Of a stretch of 64,000 bases of DNA, positions 37,065 through 46,837 are shown one piece after another. The DNA lies in the IMG/VR virus record IMGVR_UViG_3300027575_000002, positions 1-64,000 of that record; one strand, 5' to 3'. How positions within the stretch are numbered: position 1 is the first letter of the stretch; each line of letters starts with the position of its first letter. Source of the stretch: a virus. The notes below the pieces were generated by a model. It did not search any database. It was not told the origin of the DNA and worked only from the letters and a program-made list of their open reading frames with translations. A program made the translations under genes and the position numbers.

Positions 37065-38078
37065 ATGATTAAATACCACGTCACACCGCCCCGCATCCAC
37101 TCCATGCCGGGTGTAGTATGTTCGCCTTATGACCCATTGCACGTCAGGCATATGCGCGGTGGCAGAAGGTCATCGGCCCATGAACTGTTGAAGCTACCCC
37201 AGCACGTACCGATTGGTACGACAATGCCTCTCAACTACTGGCTGCCGAAGATCATGACAATGCTCGGCAACGACACGAATGGATGCTGCGTCACGTCTGC
37301 GGCCGGGTTCCTCAAGCAGTGCATGGGCATCCTCATCAGCGACGCCACCTGCATCGCGTGGGCGACCAAGAACGGCACGCTCAACGGTGCGGACCTGTCG
37401 CAGGTCAACAACCTGATGCAACAGTCGGGATTTTCGCAGGACAGTAACCTCTACAACGAAGGACCGGCCAACAACGTCGATTATACTACGCCGTCCTCAC
37501 TCCAGGGCGGCATAGCGACTTCGCCGGTCCAGATAGCCATCGACGCGGACGCGCTGCCGTCTGGAGCGGGCAACGGCAACGGGTGGTACGCATTCGGTGG
37601 CACGCCTGGGTCGTTTCCGAACACCGATCACTGCGTCATGCTGCCGGCCTTTGCAATCCCGACGGTGGTGCAGCAGCTATGGACGGCGTTTCAGCAGCAG
37701 TATGGATCGCTACCCGCTATTCCTTGGCCGGCTGGAGCGGTGTACGGTATCTACACCTGGGCAGGAATCGGGTTCGTGGACGATCCTTGGATCATGTCCA
37801 CTGTCACGGAAGCGCACGGGTACAACTCGTCAAACATTACGGTCGGGACAGGCACTCCTTCCCCGGACTCAGTGCTGACACCCACTGCGCCGAATCCGAC
37901 GCCTAACCCAACGCCGACACCAGCCACCGGCGGCCCCAACGCTGCAACCGTCGCAGCCATCCAAGCCGATCCGTACTTCCAGTCGCTTTTCCCCGGATCG
38001 GCGACCATCACACCGCAAACGACGCTCGCTCAGTTGCTCGCAATCGTGGGTGGATCGCAACCAAAAAAGGGGCAATAG
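37065..38078 (+). CDS. papain-like cysteine peptidase (endolysin candidate)
   Basis: GNDTNGCCVTSAAGFL (Cys) and NTDHCVMLPAF (His) arranged as in papain-fold peptidases; Pro/Thr linker; sits in the lysis region. Confidence 0.4.
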   Translation: MIKYHVTPPRIHSMPGVVCSPYDPLHVRHMRGGRRSSAHELLKLPQHVPIGTTMPLNYWLPKIMTMLGNDTNGCCVTSAAGFLKQCMGILISDATCIAWATKNGTLNGADLSQVNNLMQQSGFSQDSNLYNEGPANNVDYTTPSSLQGGIATSPVQIAIDADALPSGAGNGNGWYAFGGTPGSFPNTDHCVMLPAFAIPTVVQQLWTAFQQQYGSLPAIPWPAGAVYGIYTWAGIGFVDDPWIMSTVTEAHGYNSSNITVGTGTPSPDSVLTPTAPNPTPNPTPTPATGGPNAATVAAIQADPYFQSLFPGSATITPQTTLAQLLAIVGGSQPKKGQ

Positions 38079-38080
38079 CC

Positions 38081-38665
38081 GTGGCCGACGACTTCGATGC
38101 AGAAATTGCGGCATACAGGGCAGCTACGGAAAAGATGCAAGCAGCCATCAGCGAACGAGCTGCTGTAGTCGGAGGTGCTCGACCGGTCACGGCGGCAACG
38201 AACGGCACTAAGGCTGAATCGTGGACGGCATGGGCGAAGCGGTGGGGCACTCACGCGGCGGTAGCGAGCACGTTTGCGAGCGCGGGATATGTCGCCAAGC
38301 AGACGCCTACGCCGGTGCAACAGCCTGATCCGGTGCCGGCAGTAGCGAAGGTCGAACCAAAGCCGTTACCGTCTCTGCCAAGGCAGCCAGTCGATGACCA
38401 GCCAATCGAGAAGTCCATCACGAAGGTTCGCGTACTGCAACGCGGATTCGGCTACACGTTTCCGATGCCTGCCGATGTTGCGCAGGTGGTGCTGACTCGG
38501 CAGCCGAATCCGGTTGTCGTGTCGCTGGCGGCAGCGGTTGCCGCGCGAGTGGACGCCAAGGCGAAGCTCCGGATACCGGACACGGTAGCGGAGGGAGCGT
38601 ACCGGCTGATTTATTTGGGGTACGAAGGTAACGTAGTCAATGAAGAGGCTGTAGAAGTCAAATGA
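38081..38665 (+). CDS. hypothetical protein
   Basis: 194 aa, GTG start. Confidence 0.45.
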   Translation: MADDFDAEIAAYRAATEKMQAAISERAAVVGGARPVTAATNGTKAESWTAWAKRWGTHAAVASTFASAGYVAKQTPTPVQQPDPVPAVAKVEPKPLPSLPRQPVDDQPIEKSITKVRVLQRGFGYTFPMPADVAQVVLTRQPNPVVVSLAAAVAARVDAKAKLRIPDTVAEGAYRLIYLGYEGNVVNEEAVEVK

Positions 38666-39018
38666 TTCAAGTGTGCGACAAATGCGGTTGTCGGTGGGGA
38701 GGCTTGGTGCATCCTGATTATCCGACGCCAAAGAATTGTCCATTTTGCGAGGTCACCTCCATGCACTATCGAAACGGCCGCGAGGCCAAGAACGGCGACA
38801 AGATCATTTCGCTCAGTGGATACGGGGCCGCAGGTGGCCAAATCAACGGCGTCGGTATCCTCTATGATGCCGTACCAGGCAATGACCACTGCAACGGTCA
38901 AATCGCACCGATTCAGCAGACCGGTCTCAGTGCATGTCTGTGCGATTGCCTGCACGTCGATGACGTGATGGCGCTGCTCGCGGAAAAAGGATTGGAGAAA
39001 CGTCCGGCCGGAAAGTGA
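38662..39018 (+). CDS. hypothetical Cys-rich protein
   Basis: 118 aa, CDKCGC...CPFC. Confidence 0.45.
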   Translation: MIQVCDKCGCRWGGLVHPDYPTPKNCPFCEVTSMHYRNGREAKNGDKIISLSGYGAAGGQINGVGILYDAVPGNDHCNGQIAPIQQTGLSACLCDCLHVDDVMALLAEKGLEKRPAGK

Positions 39019-39087
39019 CATTTGTCTCGCCAGTAACTACATTATTCGTTTAACCAATCACCAATCGCCCGCAACCACGTATGGAGA

Positions 39088-39624
39088 ATGTCAATGGGTA
39101 AGTTCCTCTGTATTGTCCTTTGCTTCGCGGTCGTCGCCGGCATCGCCGACGCTCGACTTGGTGACCGCATCCGTGAGCGCCGAGCCGAGCGACACGAACG
39201 CAAAGCGTCGGCGATTCGCGGTCGCATGGGTGCCGGTGCGTGCGGCTCGGCGCCTTCGTCGTCAATGACCGTGACGTACAGCCGACAGGCGACGGCAACG
39301 GTCGGATCGTGTGCGAACGGTATGTGTGCCGTGCCGCAGACGTTCGTCGCACCGACTCCGGCTCCTGCCCCAGCAGCAGTCCCGGAGAAGATCGCACCTC
39401 CCGCCAAAACCGCACCCAGGCAATCCGAAGTAATCGACTTGGGCAACGGTTGGAACCGCATCAGCTGCACCGAAGAGACGGAGGCCGGCGACGAATCGCC
39501 GGTGACCTTTCGCGGACGATGGGGAGCCGTGGGCGCCGGGGATCGCGAAGCCGACGGGCATGGTGCGGTACGAGCCGGCGAGGTACACGCAGGTAGTCGC
39601 TCGGACGATGACGGCCAACGGTGA
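39088..39624 (+). CDS. secreted protein (N-terminal signal peptide); 3' tail looks non-coding
   Basis: MSMGKFLCIVLCFAVVAGIADA signal-like; Pro/Ala linker. After ~39505 the sequence is Arg/Gly-rich junk while frame 2 looks coding. Confidence 0.45.
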   Translation: MSMGKFLCIVLCFAVVAGIADARLGDRIRERRAERHERKASAIRGRMGAGACGSAPSSSMTVTYSRQATATVGSCANGMCAVPQTFVAPTPAPAPAAVPEKIAPPAKTAPRQSEVIDLGNGWNRISCTEETEAGDESPVTFRGRWGAVGAGDREADGHGAVRAGEVHAGSRSDDDGQR

Positions 39625-40168
39625 CGCCCCGAGCATCACCAGGGCGTCTCGATCTGAAGGGCAAGAAAAGTACCTCTCGCCCGGCGGACTCACGAAAGCC
39701 AGCGGGTGGAAGTCCACGACATACGCTTTATTCGGTGATGGAGGGATTAAAGAGGCGAAGAACATCGGCGTATGGAATGGCACCTATCCGCGATGGGGGC
39801 TTAGCGCGAATGGCCCCATCGTTCGCTACGAGGACGGCACGCCGCAAAAGGCAATGCAGCAAGAGCTGGCCTATGTGCAAACGTACCCGGTTAATGCTCG
39901 CTTCGATGACGTGCTGACCTATAACGGCGTCGTGTTCGAGCATAGATCGTGGTTCAAGGACGCGGAAGACGGATGGACACCAGAAGTGTTGTACTGCGAC
40001 CGCTCGGCTCGGCCGCCCGGCTATCAACTCGTCACGCGCAAGGACTGCCGAGAGTGCCATCGGCTTGCTGGCGGGGCGGGTGGAGAGAGCGGCGACGGCC
40101 TGTACAATAAAGGCTTGCCGCCGGGTAGCGACAACATCTTTTCGTTCCCGATAGGCGGGATCGAGTGA
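39560..40168 (+). CDS. hypothetical protein with single CxxCH motif
   Basis: 202 aa from the first ATG; CRECH near the C-terminus. Frame 2 is open and GC3-rich from 39506. Confidence 0.5.
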   Translation: MVRYEPARYTQVVARTMTANGDAPSITRASRSEGQEKYLSPGGLTKASGWKSTTYALFGDGGIKEAKNIGVWNGTYPRWGLSANGPIVRYEDGTPQKAMQQELAYVQTYPVNARFDDVLTYNGVVFEHRSWFKDAEDGWTPEVLYCDRSARPPGYQLVTRKDCRECHRLAGGAGGESGDGLYNKGLPPGSDNIFSFPIGGIE

Positions 40169-40203
40169 GCCAACCGCGTCGGTTGGAACGCTGGGTGAGG
40201 AAT

Positions 40204-40243
40204 GCCGGCATTGCGGGCCATTCCGCAATGCCGGCAATTTTTT
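40204..40243 (+). terminator. intrinsic terminator
   Basis: Perfect 13-bp stem GCCGGCATTGCGG/CCGCAATGCCGGC, 6-nt loop, then AATTTTTT. Confidence 0.8.
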
Positions 40244-40258
40244 AAGAAGGAACTACCC

Positions 40259-40513
40259 ATGTTTGACCCGCAACCGATCCTGCACCTGATCTCCGCAACT
40301 CCGGCCGGATTCGGGCCGTTCCTGCAACAGGCGATGACGATACTCGGCACGGACCTGCTGACGCTCGCGAAGTGGTTCCTCGCGAACCCTACGGCGCTCA
40401 CGGCGTTCATCGCGGACGCGAGCACGGGGAACATTGATAAAGCACTGCTGGACTTGGAAGTGGCGTGGAAGGCGAGTCAACAACCGCCCACGGAATTGCA
40501 GAGCAATAGATGA
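40259..40513 (+). CDS. hypothetical protein
   Basis: 84 aa from the ATG after the terminator; SD AAGAAGGAA. Confidence 0.45.
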   Translation: MFDPQPILHLISATPAGFGPFLQQAMTILGTDLLTLAKWFLANPTALTAFIADASTGNIDKALLDLEVAWKASQQPPTELQSNR

Positions 40514-40537
40514 CAATCGTTCGGTGCACAGACATCA

Positions 40538-40583
40538 CGAAAACGGTCGATATTCCATTGAAGTATCGACCGTTTTCGTTTTG
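40538..40583 (+). terminator. intrinsic terminator at end of rightward late block
   Basis: 15-bp stem CGAAAACGGTCGATA/TATCGACCGTTTTCG, 11-nt loop, then TTTTG. Confidence 0.7.
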
Positions 40584-40661
40584 AGGACTTGGCTCCGAAA
40601 TAGGCAACGGATCGCTCCAGACGCCCGGATTCGCGTCCTGGGCAACAAGTTGGCAAACACC

Positions 40662-42704
40662 CTAGCGCACCCAAATCAATTCAGAAATCGCCCGCGTGAT
40701 GGCGACGTACAGTAGGTTGTCCTCCTGCTCCTGCTGCCATGCGCTTATGTTCTTGCGTTGCGGTGCGTCGTCCGGTTGCAGGATGAATACCCGCTGCGCT
40801 TCCAGGCCTTTGGCCTTGTGTACGCTGCTCAGCCGCACCCCCTGCCTGTCCTTCGAGTCTGTGAACATGTCCTCGATCTTTCGCACAACCTCGGCGGCGT
40901 CCTTGGCCTCGTCGGTGAAGCACCGCAGGCACATCGCCCGGTCCTTCATGGCGTCGATCTTCTCGTCGCTGGGGTTCTTGCGCGCCTGCTCCTTCTCCAC
41001 CTCACCGGACAGCCAGGCGTCGATGGCGCTGATTACATCCGTCGTCTTGATCGTCCGCAGCTTCGTCACCACCTCGCTGGGTTCACCCTTCACCTTCAGT
41101 ATCTTCTTGATGGTGCCGATGAGCCCGGTGCCGATGTCCCGGCCCTGGATATTGGCACGGATGCCCCGCTTGATGAACGTGAAGCAGTTCTTGACCAGCG
41201 GCGCGTTGGTCCGACATAGGACGAAGTCGCCGTCTCTCACCAGCGGCATGTACGTGTCCTTGTGCTCGCGCGTGATCTTCCGCTTGTTTGGACCAAATCC
41301 CTCGGTGTAGGTCAGGTAGTTGGCCGTAGACACCTTCCCGGCGGGGCAGGTATCGTGCGCGGCGAAGTCCTTTACGTACTTGTTGGCCTCCTTGACGATT
41401 GCTCGCCCGCACCTGCGCGTTACGGTCAGGGGCAGGGTGACGCATCCTCGGTTAGTCGCTTCGAGTTCTGCTCGTAGGTTAGGTATCGAGTTCACGTCCG
41501 CACCGCAGAATCCATAGATTGCCTGCCTTGCGTCCCCAACAAAAATTAGTCGCTTGCCTGCTCGCTTCGCTAGTGCCTGCTGGCAACGATTTAGGTCTTG
41601 CGCCTCGTCAACCAGGAGCAGGTCGTACTGCTGGACGTATAGGTTGAGCGCGATGGGTAACCATATCATGTCGTCGTAGTTGCAGCGGTTGTCTTTGCCT
41701 GCATCCAAGCACTCCTCAAGCACCATTGGAACCAGGGCAAACACCTCGCCCTTGCTGTTGTTCATTTCGATTTCGTAGTGGTCTACTAAGGCGTCGAGGT
41801 CATCGTCCGTTACGTCGTCCACTCGAAACTTTCCGCTGCCGCACCCCACTAGATTCATCTTGCACTTGCTGACCAACTCCTCGGCGGCGTTGGCGACCAG
41901 CAGCACCTCCGGGTTCTTCCGCAGTGTCTTGCTGTCGGTCTCTAGTATGCGACAGATGATGTCCTGTACTCGATACTTCGCCGCGCCGTCACCGCAGTCC
42001 ACCCTTGGGTACGCCTTGCGCACAGCACGGAACCCAAGTCCATGCATTGTCAATGCCTCGACACCCTTTGGCACTCGCTCTGCCAGTTCGTCCTTGATAC
42101 TCCGATTGAACGCACAGAAGCAAACCATCCTCGCCACACCTGCCGACTTCGCCATCTCGCGCCACACCGCGTCTTGCTGTGGTGAAGGAGTCATATCTGA
42201 GTGACCACCCATCACGAACTTCAATCCCTCGATGATTGTGGTCGTCTTCCCGGTCCCGGCATAGGCGGTCACGATCACGTGCGGAGCCTGCGGTAATGCG
42301 TTGGCGTCCACGACGCGCTGGAGACCGGCAAAGAGAGGAGTGGACGTTCGTGTGATAGAGGGTGGTGAAAAGTTCTTCTCTTGTTCAGTCACCCATGCTT
42401 CAACCTGTTGTGTGACCTCCTCTGTGCAGTCCTGCCAGTCGTGGTCGCACTCGTTGGTGTCGCGCGGCAGATCCACCGGGTCGCTCACCTCGGCGTGCTG
42501 GTCGCAGTTGGTGCAGTGGTAGGCTCTGAGGATGGTGGGATTGCGGAGGACTGGCATGGATATGGTACTCAGGGGTCGGGACCGCCCGCCGACCAGGTGT
42601 AGGTCGAGTATCCGGGTGGTTCCACCGGGCGAACAAAAAGCGCCCCGCGCGGCTGGCCGCGAAGCGGGCCGATTGGTCATCGACACCGCGCGGAGCGGGA
42701 TCAT
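40662..42704 (-). CDS. UvrD/Rep/PcrA-like SF1 helicase
   Basis: AYAGTGKTT (Walker A), LLLVDEAQDL, FVGDARQAIYGFCGAD, VHKAKGLEAQRVFIL, LLYVAITRA. Start uncertain: 42704 (TAATG coupling) or internal Met 42557 (MPVLRNP). Confidence 0.85.
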   Translation of the reverse strand: MIPLRAVSMTNRPASRPAARGAFCSPGGTTRILDLHLVGGRSRPLSTISMPVLRNPTILRAYHCTNCDQHAEVSDPVDLPRDTNECDHDWQDCTEEVTQQVEAWVTEQEKNFSPPSITRTSTPLFAGLQRVVDANALPQAPHVIVTAYAGTGKTTTIIEGLKFVMGGHSDMTPSPQQDAVWREMAKSAGVARMVCFCAFNRSIKDELAERVPKGVEALTMHGLGFRAVRKAYPRVDCGDGAAKYRVQDIICRILETDSKTLRKNPEVLLVANAAEELVSKCKMNLVGCGSGKFRVDDVTDDDLDALVDHYEIEMNNSKGEVFALVPMVLEECLDAGKDNRCNYDDMIWLPIALNLYVQQYDLLLVDEAQDLNRCQQALAKRAGKRLIFVGDARQAIYGFCGADVNSIPNLRAELEATNRGCVTLPLTVTRRCGRAIVKEANKYVKDFAAHDTCPAGKVSTANYLTYTEGFGPNKRKITREHKDTYMPLVRDGDFVLCRTNAPLVKNCFTFIKRGIRANIQGRDIGTGLIGTIKKILKVKGEPSEVVTKLRTIKTTDVISAIDAWLSGEVEKEQARKNPSDEKIDAMKDRAMCLRCFTDEAKDAAEVVRKIEDMFTDSKDRQGVRLSSVHKAKGLEAQRVFILQPDDAPQRKNISAWQQEQEDNLLYVAITRAISELIWVR

Positions 42705-43069
42705 TACACCAAATCCATTCCACGCGTCCCGTCATCATTGACCGCAATTCTGCGCCCGTTAATGAGGCTGATGACGAGCGTCAAACCGCACTCGGCGGCT
42801 TCCGTCAATCGCCGATCGAAATCCGTTACAACTCCGTCACTGTCAGTCCACCGCCAGCGACGCATGGCCACCAGATCGGCGACGTTATCGAACGAATGCA
42901 CCTGAGATTCGATTTCGGACGGCTGAACGTCGATGGAAACGCCTAGCGCAGCGAACACCGGCAGTTTTTTGAGCCATTGAGCGATCAGCGGACGGAAACA
43001 ATCACTGTTGCCTGGGAATGGCGGCGGCACAAAGCCGCTGTCCATCGATGGCATTACGCTGTGAACCAT
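42704..43069 (-). CDS. hypothetical protein
   Basis: 121 aa. Confidence 0.45.
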   Translation of the reverse strand: MVHSVMPSMDSGFVPPPFPGNSDCFRPLIAQWLKKLPVFAALGVSIDVQPSEIESQVHSFDNVADLVAMRRWRWTDSDGVVTDFDRRLTEAAECGLTLVISLINGRRIAVNDDGTRGMDLV

Positions 43070-43169
43070 TGTAATTCTCCCAGCCCTTACCAGGGGCTAC
43101 TCCAACCGATTGATACGCTGGTGGGCCGCGTCAGAAGCCCCGCGCGAACGACGCGCGGGGCGGGGATTG

Positions 43170-43439
43170 TTAGGCTGACGCCAGTCGGTGACAGCTACGG
43201 TGGTAATCGGCGATTGCCGCCGCGTCGGTCTCGCCGCGGCCAGTAGTGTCAACCCAAGAGACATAGGGGGCCTGATACAGCGAGCCGTGATCGTACCGAC
43301 ACTCGACCATGCCGTCCTCGACATCCACGATGAGTACGCGGATCATGCTGTCGTCGATGCCCTTGATGGTTCGATTTTTCATTTTAATTTCTCCCAGCCA
43401 TTTTCGTGTAAGTTGCGTCATCCATTCACCCGACACCAT
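43170..43439 (-). CDS. hypothetical protein
   Basis: 89 aa from the Met with SD GAGAGAGGTG; a GC hairpin (43138-43162) lies just downstream. Confidence 0.45.
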   Translation of the reverse strand: MVSGEWMTQLTRKWLGEIKMKNRTIKGIDDSMIRVLIVDVEDGMVECRYDHGSLYQAPYVSWVDTTGRGETDAAAIADYHRSCHRLASA

Positions 43440-43481
43440 CAATATACACCTCTCTCGTGATGGTTGCAACCCCTCCTCACC

Positions 43482-43502
43482 AGATTTTTCAAGATTTATA
43501 CC
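43482..43502 (-). promoter_or_regulatory. 21-nt motif GGTATAAATCTTGAAAAATCT (copy B)
   Basis: 19 of 21 nt identical to 46838-46858, same orientation, both intergenic; contains a TATAAA -10-like core. Confidence 0.35.
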
Positions 43503-43546
43503 CATGTTGACGCAACTCCATACGCCACATGGGTTAATGAATTCGA

Positions 43547-45172
43547 CTATTTTGCCGCAGACTCTGCCGCCTGCCGCCTCACCTCCGCCATCCGCGCCGC
43601 CAGCTCGTCGGGCGAGGGGGGCGGCTCGCTGTCCACTCCGAGATTCTTGCCCCTGCCCGGCAGGTCGATCCCGCCGAAGTCCGCCACGTCGCCGAGCCTG
43701 ATACCACCGTCCGGCAGCTTGCTGGTCTCGCCCTTGGCGTTCGGCTCGCTCATATCGGTGTAGTGCAGCCACAGCCTGCCACCCTCGCGACGGTCGAGGT
43801 CGGTCAGTGCGTACCCCTCGACCCACGCCTCCCACGCCCCCTGGATCAGGCACAGTCGCTCCATCCACCGCCCACCGAGTCCTCGGTTGTCGCCCTGTGC
43901 GTCCGGCTCGGAGTCCACCAGCCTGCCCAGTGCCTCGCGCAGCGGTTTGAACGCGAGGTGGCGGGAGTCCTTGGCGTCGGTGATTCCGACCAGTGCCCAG
44001 AACTCCTTGGCCTTGTCCATGCGGGACCAGTCCAGCTTCTTTTCGCCTGGCGGGCACTCGGCGCGGTACGCGAATCCGTCGCTAGCCGAGCACCCCATCA
44101 GGTAGCACAGCGCCGCCGCTTGGCCACCGGTGATGCGGAGCTGGCTGATCCTCCGTGCAGGCTTCTTGTTCTCCTCGTACAAGTGCTCCACGCACTTGAT
44201 GAGCCGCCTGTGCCGGTCGAGGAACCCCACCGCCTCCGGCAGAGTCTTGTACCCCTGCGCCGCCGTGCGGTCCCACAGGAGGTCGAACGCGGCGGCGAGC
44301 ATCTTGGACATCTCCTTGCGCTCGTCCATCGGGCGCGACTCGACTACACCGTCCGACGCCCGCCTCCGTGTGCGAAAAGTCGGTGAGGTGTAGAACACGT
44401 CCGCCTCGCTGCGCGGCACGCAGTTGTCCGTGGTACTGCGGATGCGCTCGTTGGTGCTGAGGCCGGTGACGACGATGGTCTCGATGACCGGCCCGGTCAA
44501 GTTGCCGTCTGCGTCCTTGACGCAGGCCCAGAACGGGTACTTCGCCTTCGCAGGGTCCGCGCGGTCGGGGTCGTCCTCCCACATCTGGTGGGCATCGATC
44601 AGGGCCACCCCAGTGTGCTGACCCGACGTGACCTCGCCAGTGCGCTGCACGACGATGGTGCTGCCGTTGACCGTACCGTCGGTCATCCTGACCATCTCAC
44701 CCTTCGCGTATTCCTTTCCGCCGACCTTGAGCTTGGCGAGGCCGCAGGGCATCTCCACCTCTTCCGGGCACATCAGGACACCCGCCCACTGGCCATTGAG
44801 GATTATCTGCCGCAGGGACTTGAACCACCAGTCGCGCAGCTCGCGGTTGTCGGCGTTGGCTAGGCACCGCACCTTGTTGCCGCGCGAGTCGGTGAGCAGG
44901 TAGTCGTCGCCGTACCCCCACTGGTCCAACTTGGTGAGGGGTTGCTTCTCGACGCACTTGGCGCGGAACTCGTCCTCGGTCTGCCAGCCGAGCAGCGTCC
45001 TCGCGGTCTTCGCCGTCAGCGCGTCGGGCCACTGCCAGAGCTTGACCTTGACCTCCGGGTATCGCACGGCCTTGATGATCGGCTCGGCGTGTGGTTGCGG
45101 CGGTGCGGTCGCCTGACCGTTGGTGGCGGGTTGCTCCTTCTCCACCGGTGGCGGGGATACGAGTCGGGGCAT
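43547..45172 (-). CDS. ParB/Srx-like N-terminal domain protein
   Basis: NADNRELRDWW...NGQW...VNGSTIVVQRTGEVTSGQHTGVALIDA resembles the ParB-like nuclease/DGQHR-type domain; 541 aa; SD AGGAGA; starts MPRLVSP. Confidence 0.55.
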   Translation of the reverse strand: MPRLVSPPPVEKEQPATNGQATAPPQPHAEPIIKAVRYPEVKVKLWQWPDALTAKTARTLLGWQTEDEFRAKCVEKQPLTKLDQWGYGDDYLLTDSRGNKVRCLANADNRELRDWWFKSLRQIILNGQWAGVLMCPEEVEMPCGLAKLKVGGKEYAKGEMVRMTDGTVNGSTIVVQRTGEVTSGQHTGVALIDAHQMWEDDPDRADPAKAKYPFWACVKDADGNLTGPVIETIVVTGLSTNERIRSTTDNCVPRSEADVFYTSPTFRTRRRASDGVVESRPMDERKEMSKMLAAAFDLLWDRTAAQGYKTLPEAVGFLDRHRRLIKCVEHLYEENKKPARRISQLRITGGQAAALCYLMGCSASDGFAYRAECPPGEKKLDWSRMDKAKEFWALVGITDAKDSRHLAFKPLREALGRLVDSEPDAQGDNRGLGGRWMERLCLIQGAWEAWVEGYALTDLDRREGGRLWLHYTDMSEPNAKGETSKLPDGGIRLGDVADFGGIDLPGRGKNLGVDSEPPPSPDELAARMAEVRRQAAESAAK

Positions 45173-45203
45173 GTGTCGGTCTCCTGTGCAGTTGGTATGT
45201 AGG

Positions 45204-45440
45204 TTATTGGATGACTTCTGGTTCGTATTGGTCCTTGGCCTCGTACCGCAAGTCCTTCAGCGGTACTGGCACCTGCCCCTCGATTCCTCTTATCCTTCGC
45301 ACCTCGTCCACCGAGTACCCGCTGTGCAGGCCCGCCCAGCAGTCCTGGCACACGGCCAGCTCCTGCTGCGTGGACCCGTCGGGGCGCTTGATGACGTGGC
45401 GCTTCTTGGGTTGGTGTGCTTCGACCTTGTCGAAGCACAC
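45204..45440 (-). CDS. small protein ending in QYEPEVIQ
   Basis: 78 aa, GTG start with no clear SD; CQDCW; C-terminal motif shared with four other ORFs. Confidence 0.45.
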   Translation of the reverse strand: MCFDKVEAHQPKKRHVIKRPDGSTQQELAVCQDCWAGLHSGYSVDEVRRIRGIEGQVPVPLKDLRYEAKDQYEPEVIQ

Positions 45441-45578
45441 AGAACATCTATAAGAAATTAGACTACCCTCCTTCCTTTACGAACAATCTGCCTAACATGG
45501 CCAGTAGATATGCCATATTCTTCAGCAGATACGGTTTGACTTTGATTACAACCGATGCAAAACTAACTTTGGCATATT

Positions 45579-45812
45579 TCAGTCTCCGCTGAGTTTTTTC
45601 CTGATGACTCTTCTTCCGCCCCCGCAAGTTTGAAAACGAATGCCACTCGTTCTCTCCAGTCCATACTCCCGCAGACTGGTGTTGATCGTCGCTGGCGCGT
45701 AGCTGATCGCCAGCTCCTGCTCCTGCTCGCGGATGGCCTGAGCGATTCGCTCCTCGCGGGACCGGTCGTGGTTGCGGATGCGCTCGATGTAGTCCTGGTA
45801 TGGTGATGACAT
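45579..45812 (-). CDS. hypothetical protein
   Basis: 77 aa from the Met with SD GAGGAG. Confidence 0.45.
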   Translation of the reverse strand: MSSPYQDYIERIRNHDRSREERIAQAIREQEQELAISYAPATINTSLREYGLERTSGIRFQTCGGGRRVIRKKLSGD

Positions 45813-45956
45813 ACATGTCTCCTCGCGGACGAGTTTGGTGTGCCGGCCCGCCATACGTGACGGCCGCTCCAGTCCCCCTCGCGTCGGTGATTTGCACACG
45901 GGTCACCGATATATCGCAGCATACGCCATCGTGCGGGAGGGGTGGTGGAGGGGTCG

Positions 45957-46184
45957 TCAGATGAGTCCCTGCTGGATCAGCCAGCCGCGACCGACCACGA
46001 TCCTCGGTGAGTTGTCCCTACCCCACACGGTCGGGGGAGCTAACCCGTTCACATCAACAATGGGGTATGGTTTGCCGTTCATTCCGACAGCGGCGCGAAC
46101 TGCCTTGCTCAGACGTTGGTCGGCTCTGATGCTCTTGGTGTTGAGTTTCAGCGATCCTTGAGGGGACATACCTTCGTGTGACAT
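45957..46184 (-). CDS. hypothetical protein
   Basis: 75 aa, SD GGAGAC. Confidence 0.45.
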   Translation of the reverse strand: MSHEGMSPQGSLKLNTKSIRADQRLSKAVRAAVGMNGKPYPIVDVNGLAPPTVWGRDNSPRIVVGRGWLIQQGLI

Positions 46185-46196
46185 ACGTGTCTCCGA

Positions 46197-46280
46197 TCAA
46201 TAGGTTAGGACTACCGCCACCACGTTGGCAGCGGCTAGGGATACCAGGGCGAGGGCGAGCAGTTCGATCAGGTACTTCAT
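46197..46280 (-). CDS. 27-aa hydrophobic peptide
   Basis: SD GGAGG; MKYLIELLALALVSLAAANVVAVVLTY. Confidence 0.3.
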   Translation of the reverse strand: MKYLIELLALALVSLAAANVVAVVLTY

Positions 46281-46308
46281 GGGTCGGCCTCCGTGCGAGG
46301 TGGGGTGG

Positions 46309-46701
46309 TTACATGCTGGCGATCAGGGCGGTTAACTCTGCCTTCACCTCGGCAGTGATATGGTAGTCATTAAAGCCGGTACGGTGGTCAGCAAGACACT
46401 TTGTCAACTCCTCAACCTTTCGGTTTGTGTCGCGCTGAGCTTGACGTTGAGCCAGCTCTGCGTCTACCGCTTCGATGTCGAACCGGAGCCAACTGCGGTG
46501 GTACTTCTGCGCTCCAATTTCTTCGTAGCTAGGTGCGGCACCGAATTGCTTCGGTTCGATGCTTTCGGCTACCTGGACGTTTACTCGACCGCTGGGTGTC
46601 ACCTTTACGATACGTCCCTTGGTATAGCTGTTGCCGTACCTGCCGCTACCACTCCGTGCAATGTAAACTTCTTGGTTGATAGCAAGTCCATTTGTCGTCA
46701 T
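46309..46701 (-). CDS. hypothetical protein
   Basis: 130 aa. Confidence 0.5.
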   Translation of the reverse strand: MTTNGLAINQEVYIARSGSGRYGNSYTKGRIVKVTPSGRVNVQVAESIEPKQFGAAPSYEEIGAQKYHRSWLRFDIEAVDAELAQRQAQRDTNRKVEELTKCLADHRTGFNDYHITAEVKAELTALIASM

Positions 46702-46837
46702 CTCGTCACCCTCGCCGCCCAGTTATTGGCTGGATCACCCGGCGTCCTGTTGTGGTATGCGAGCGAATTGCTCGCGTCATGGTGGTATTGTAGCATGGGT
46801 ATAAAGGTTGGCAAGGGGAATTTTGCAGAAAAGGCGA

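Noticed and set aside
39560-40168. Calling the CxxCH protein a cytochrome c and using it to infer the host lineage.
   Set aside because: A single CRECH motif near the C-terminus is insufficient, and there is no other haem-protein signature. Host assignment from this is not supportable.
46809-46828. TTGGCAAGGGGAATTTTGCA read as a sigma54 promoter (TGGCAC-N5-TTGCA).
   Set aside because: The spacing between the GG and GC dinucleotides is 15 nt rather than the strict 12. The second copy at 2172-2191 has no GC element.
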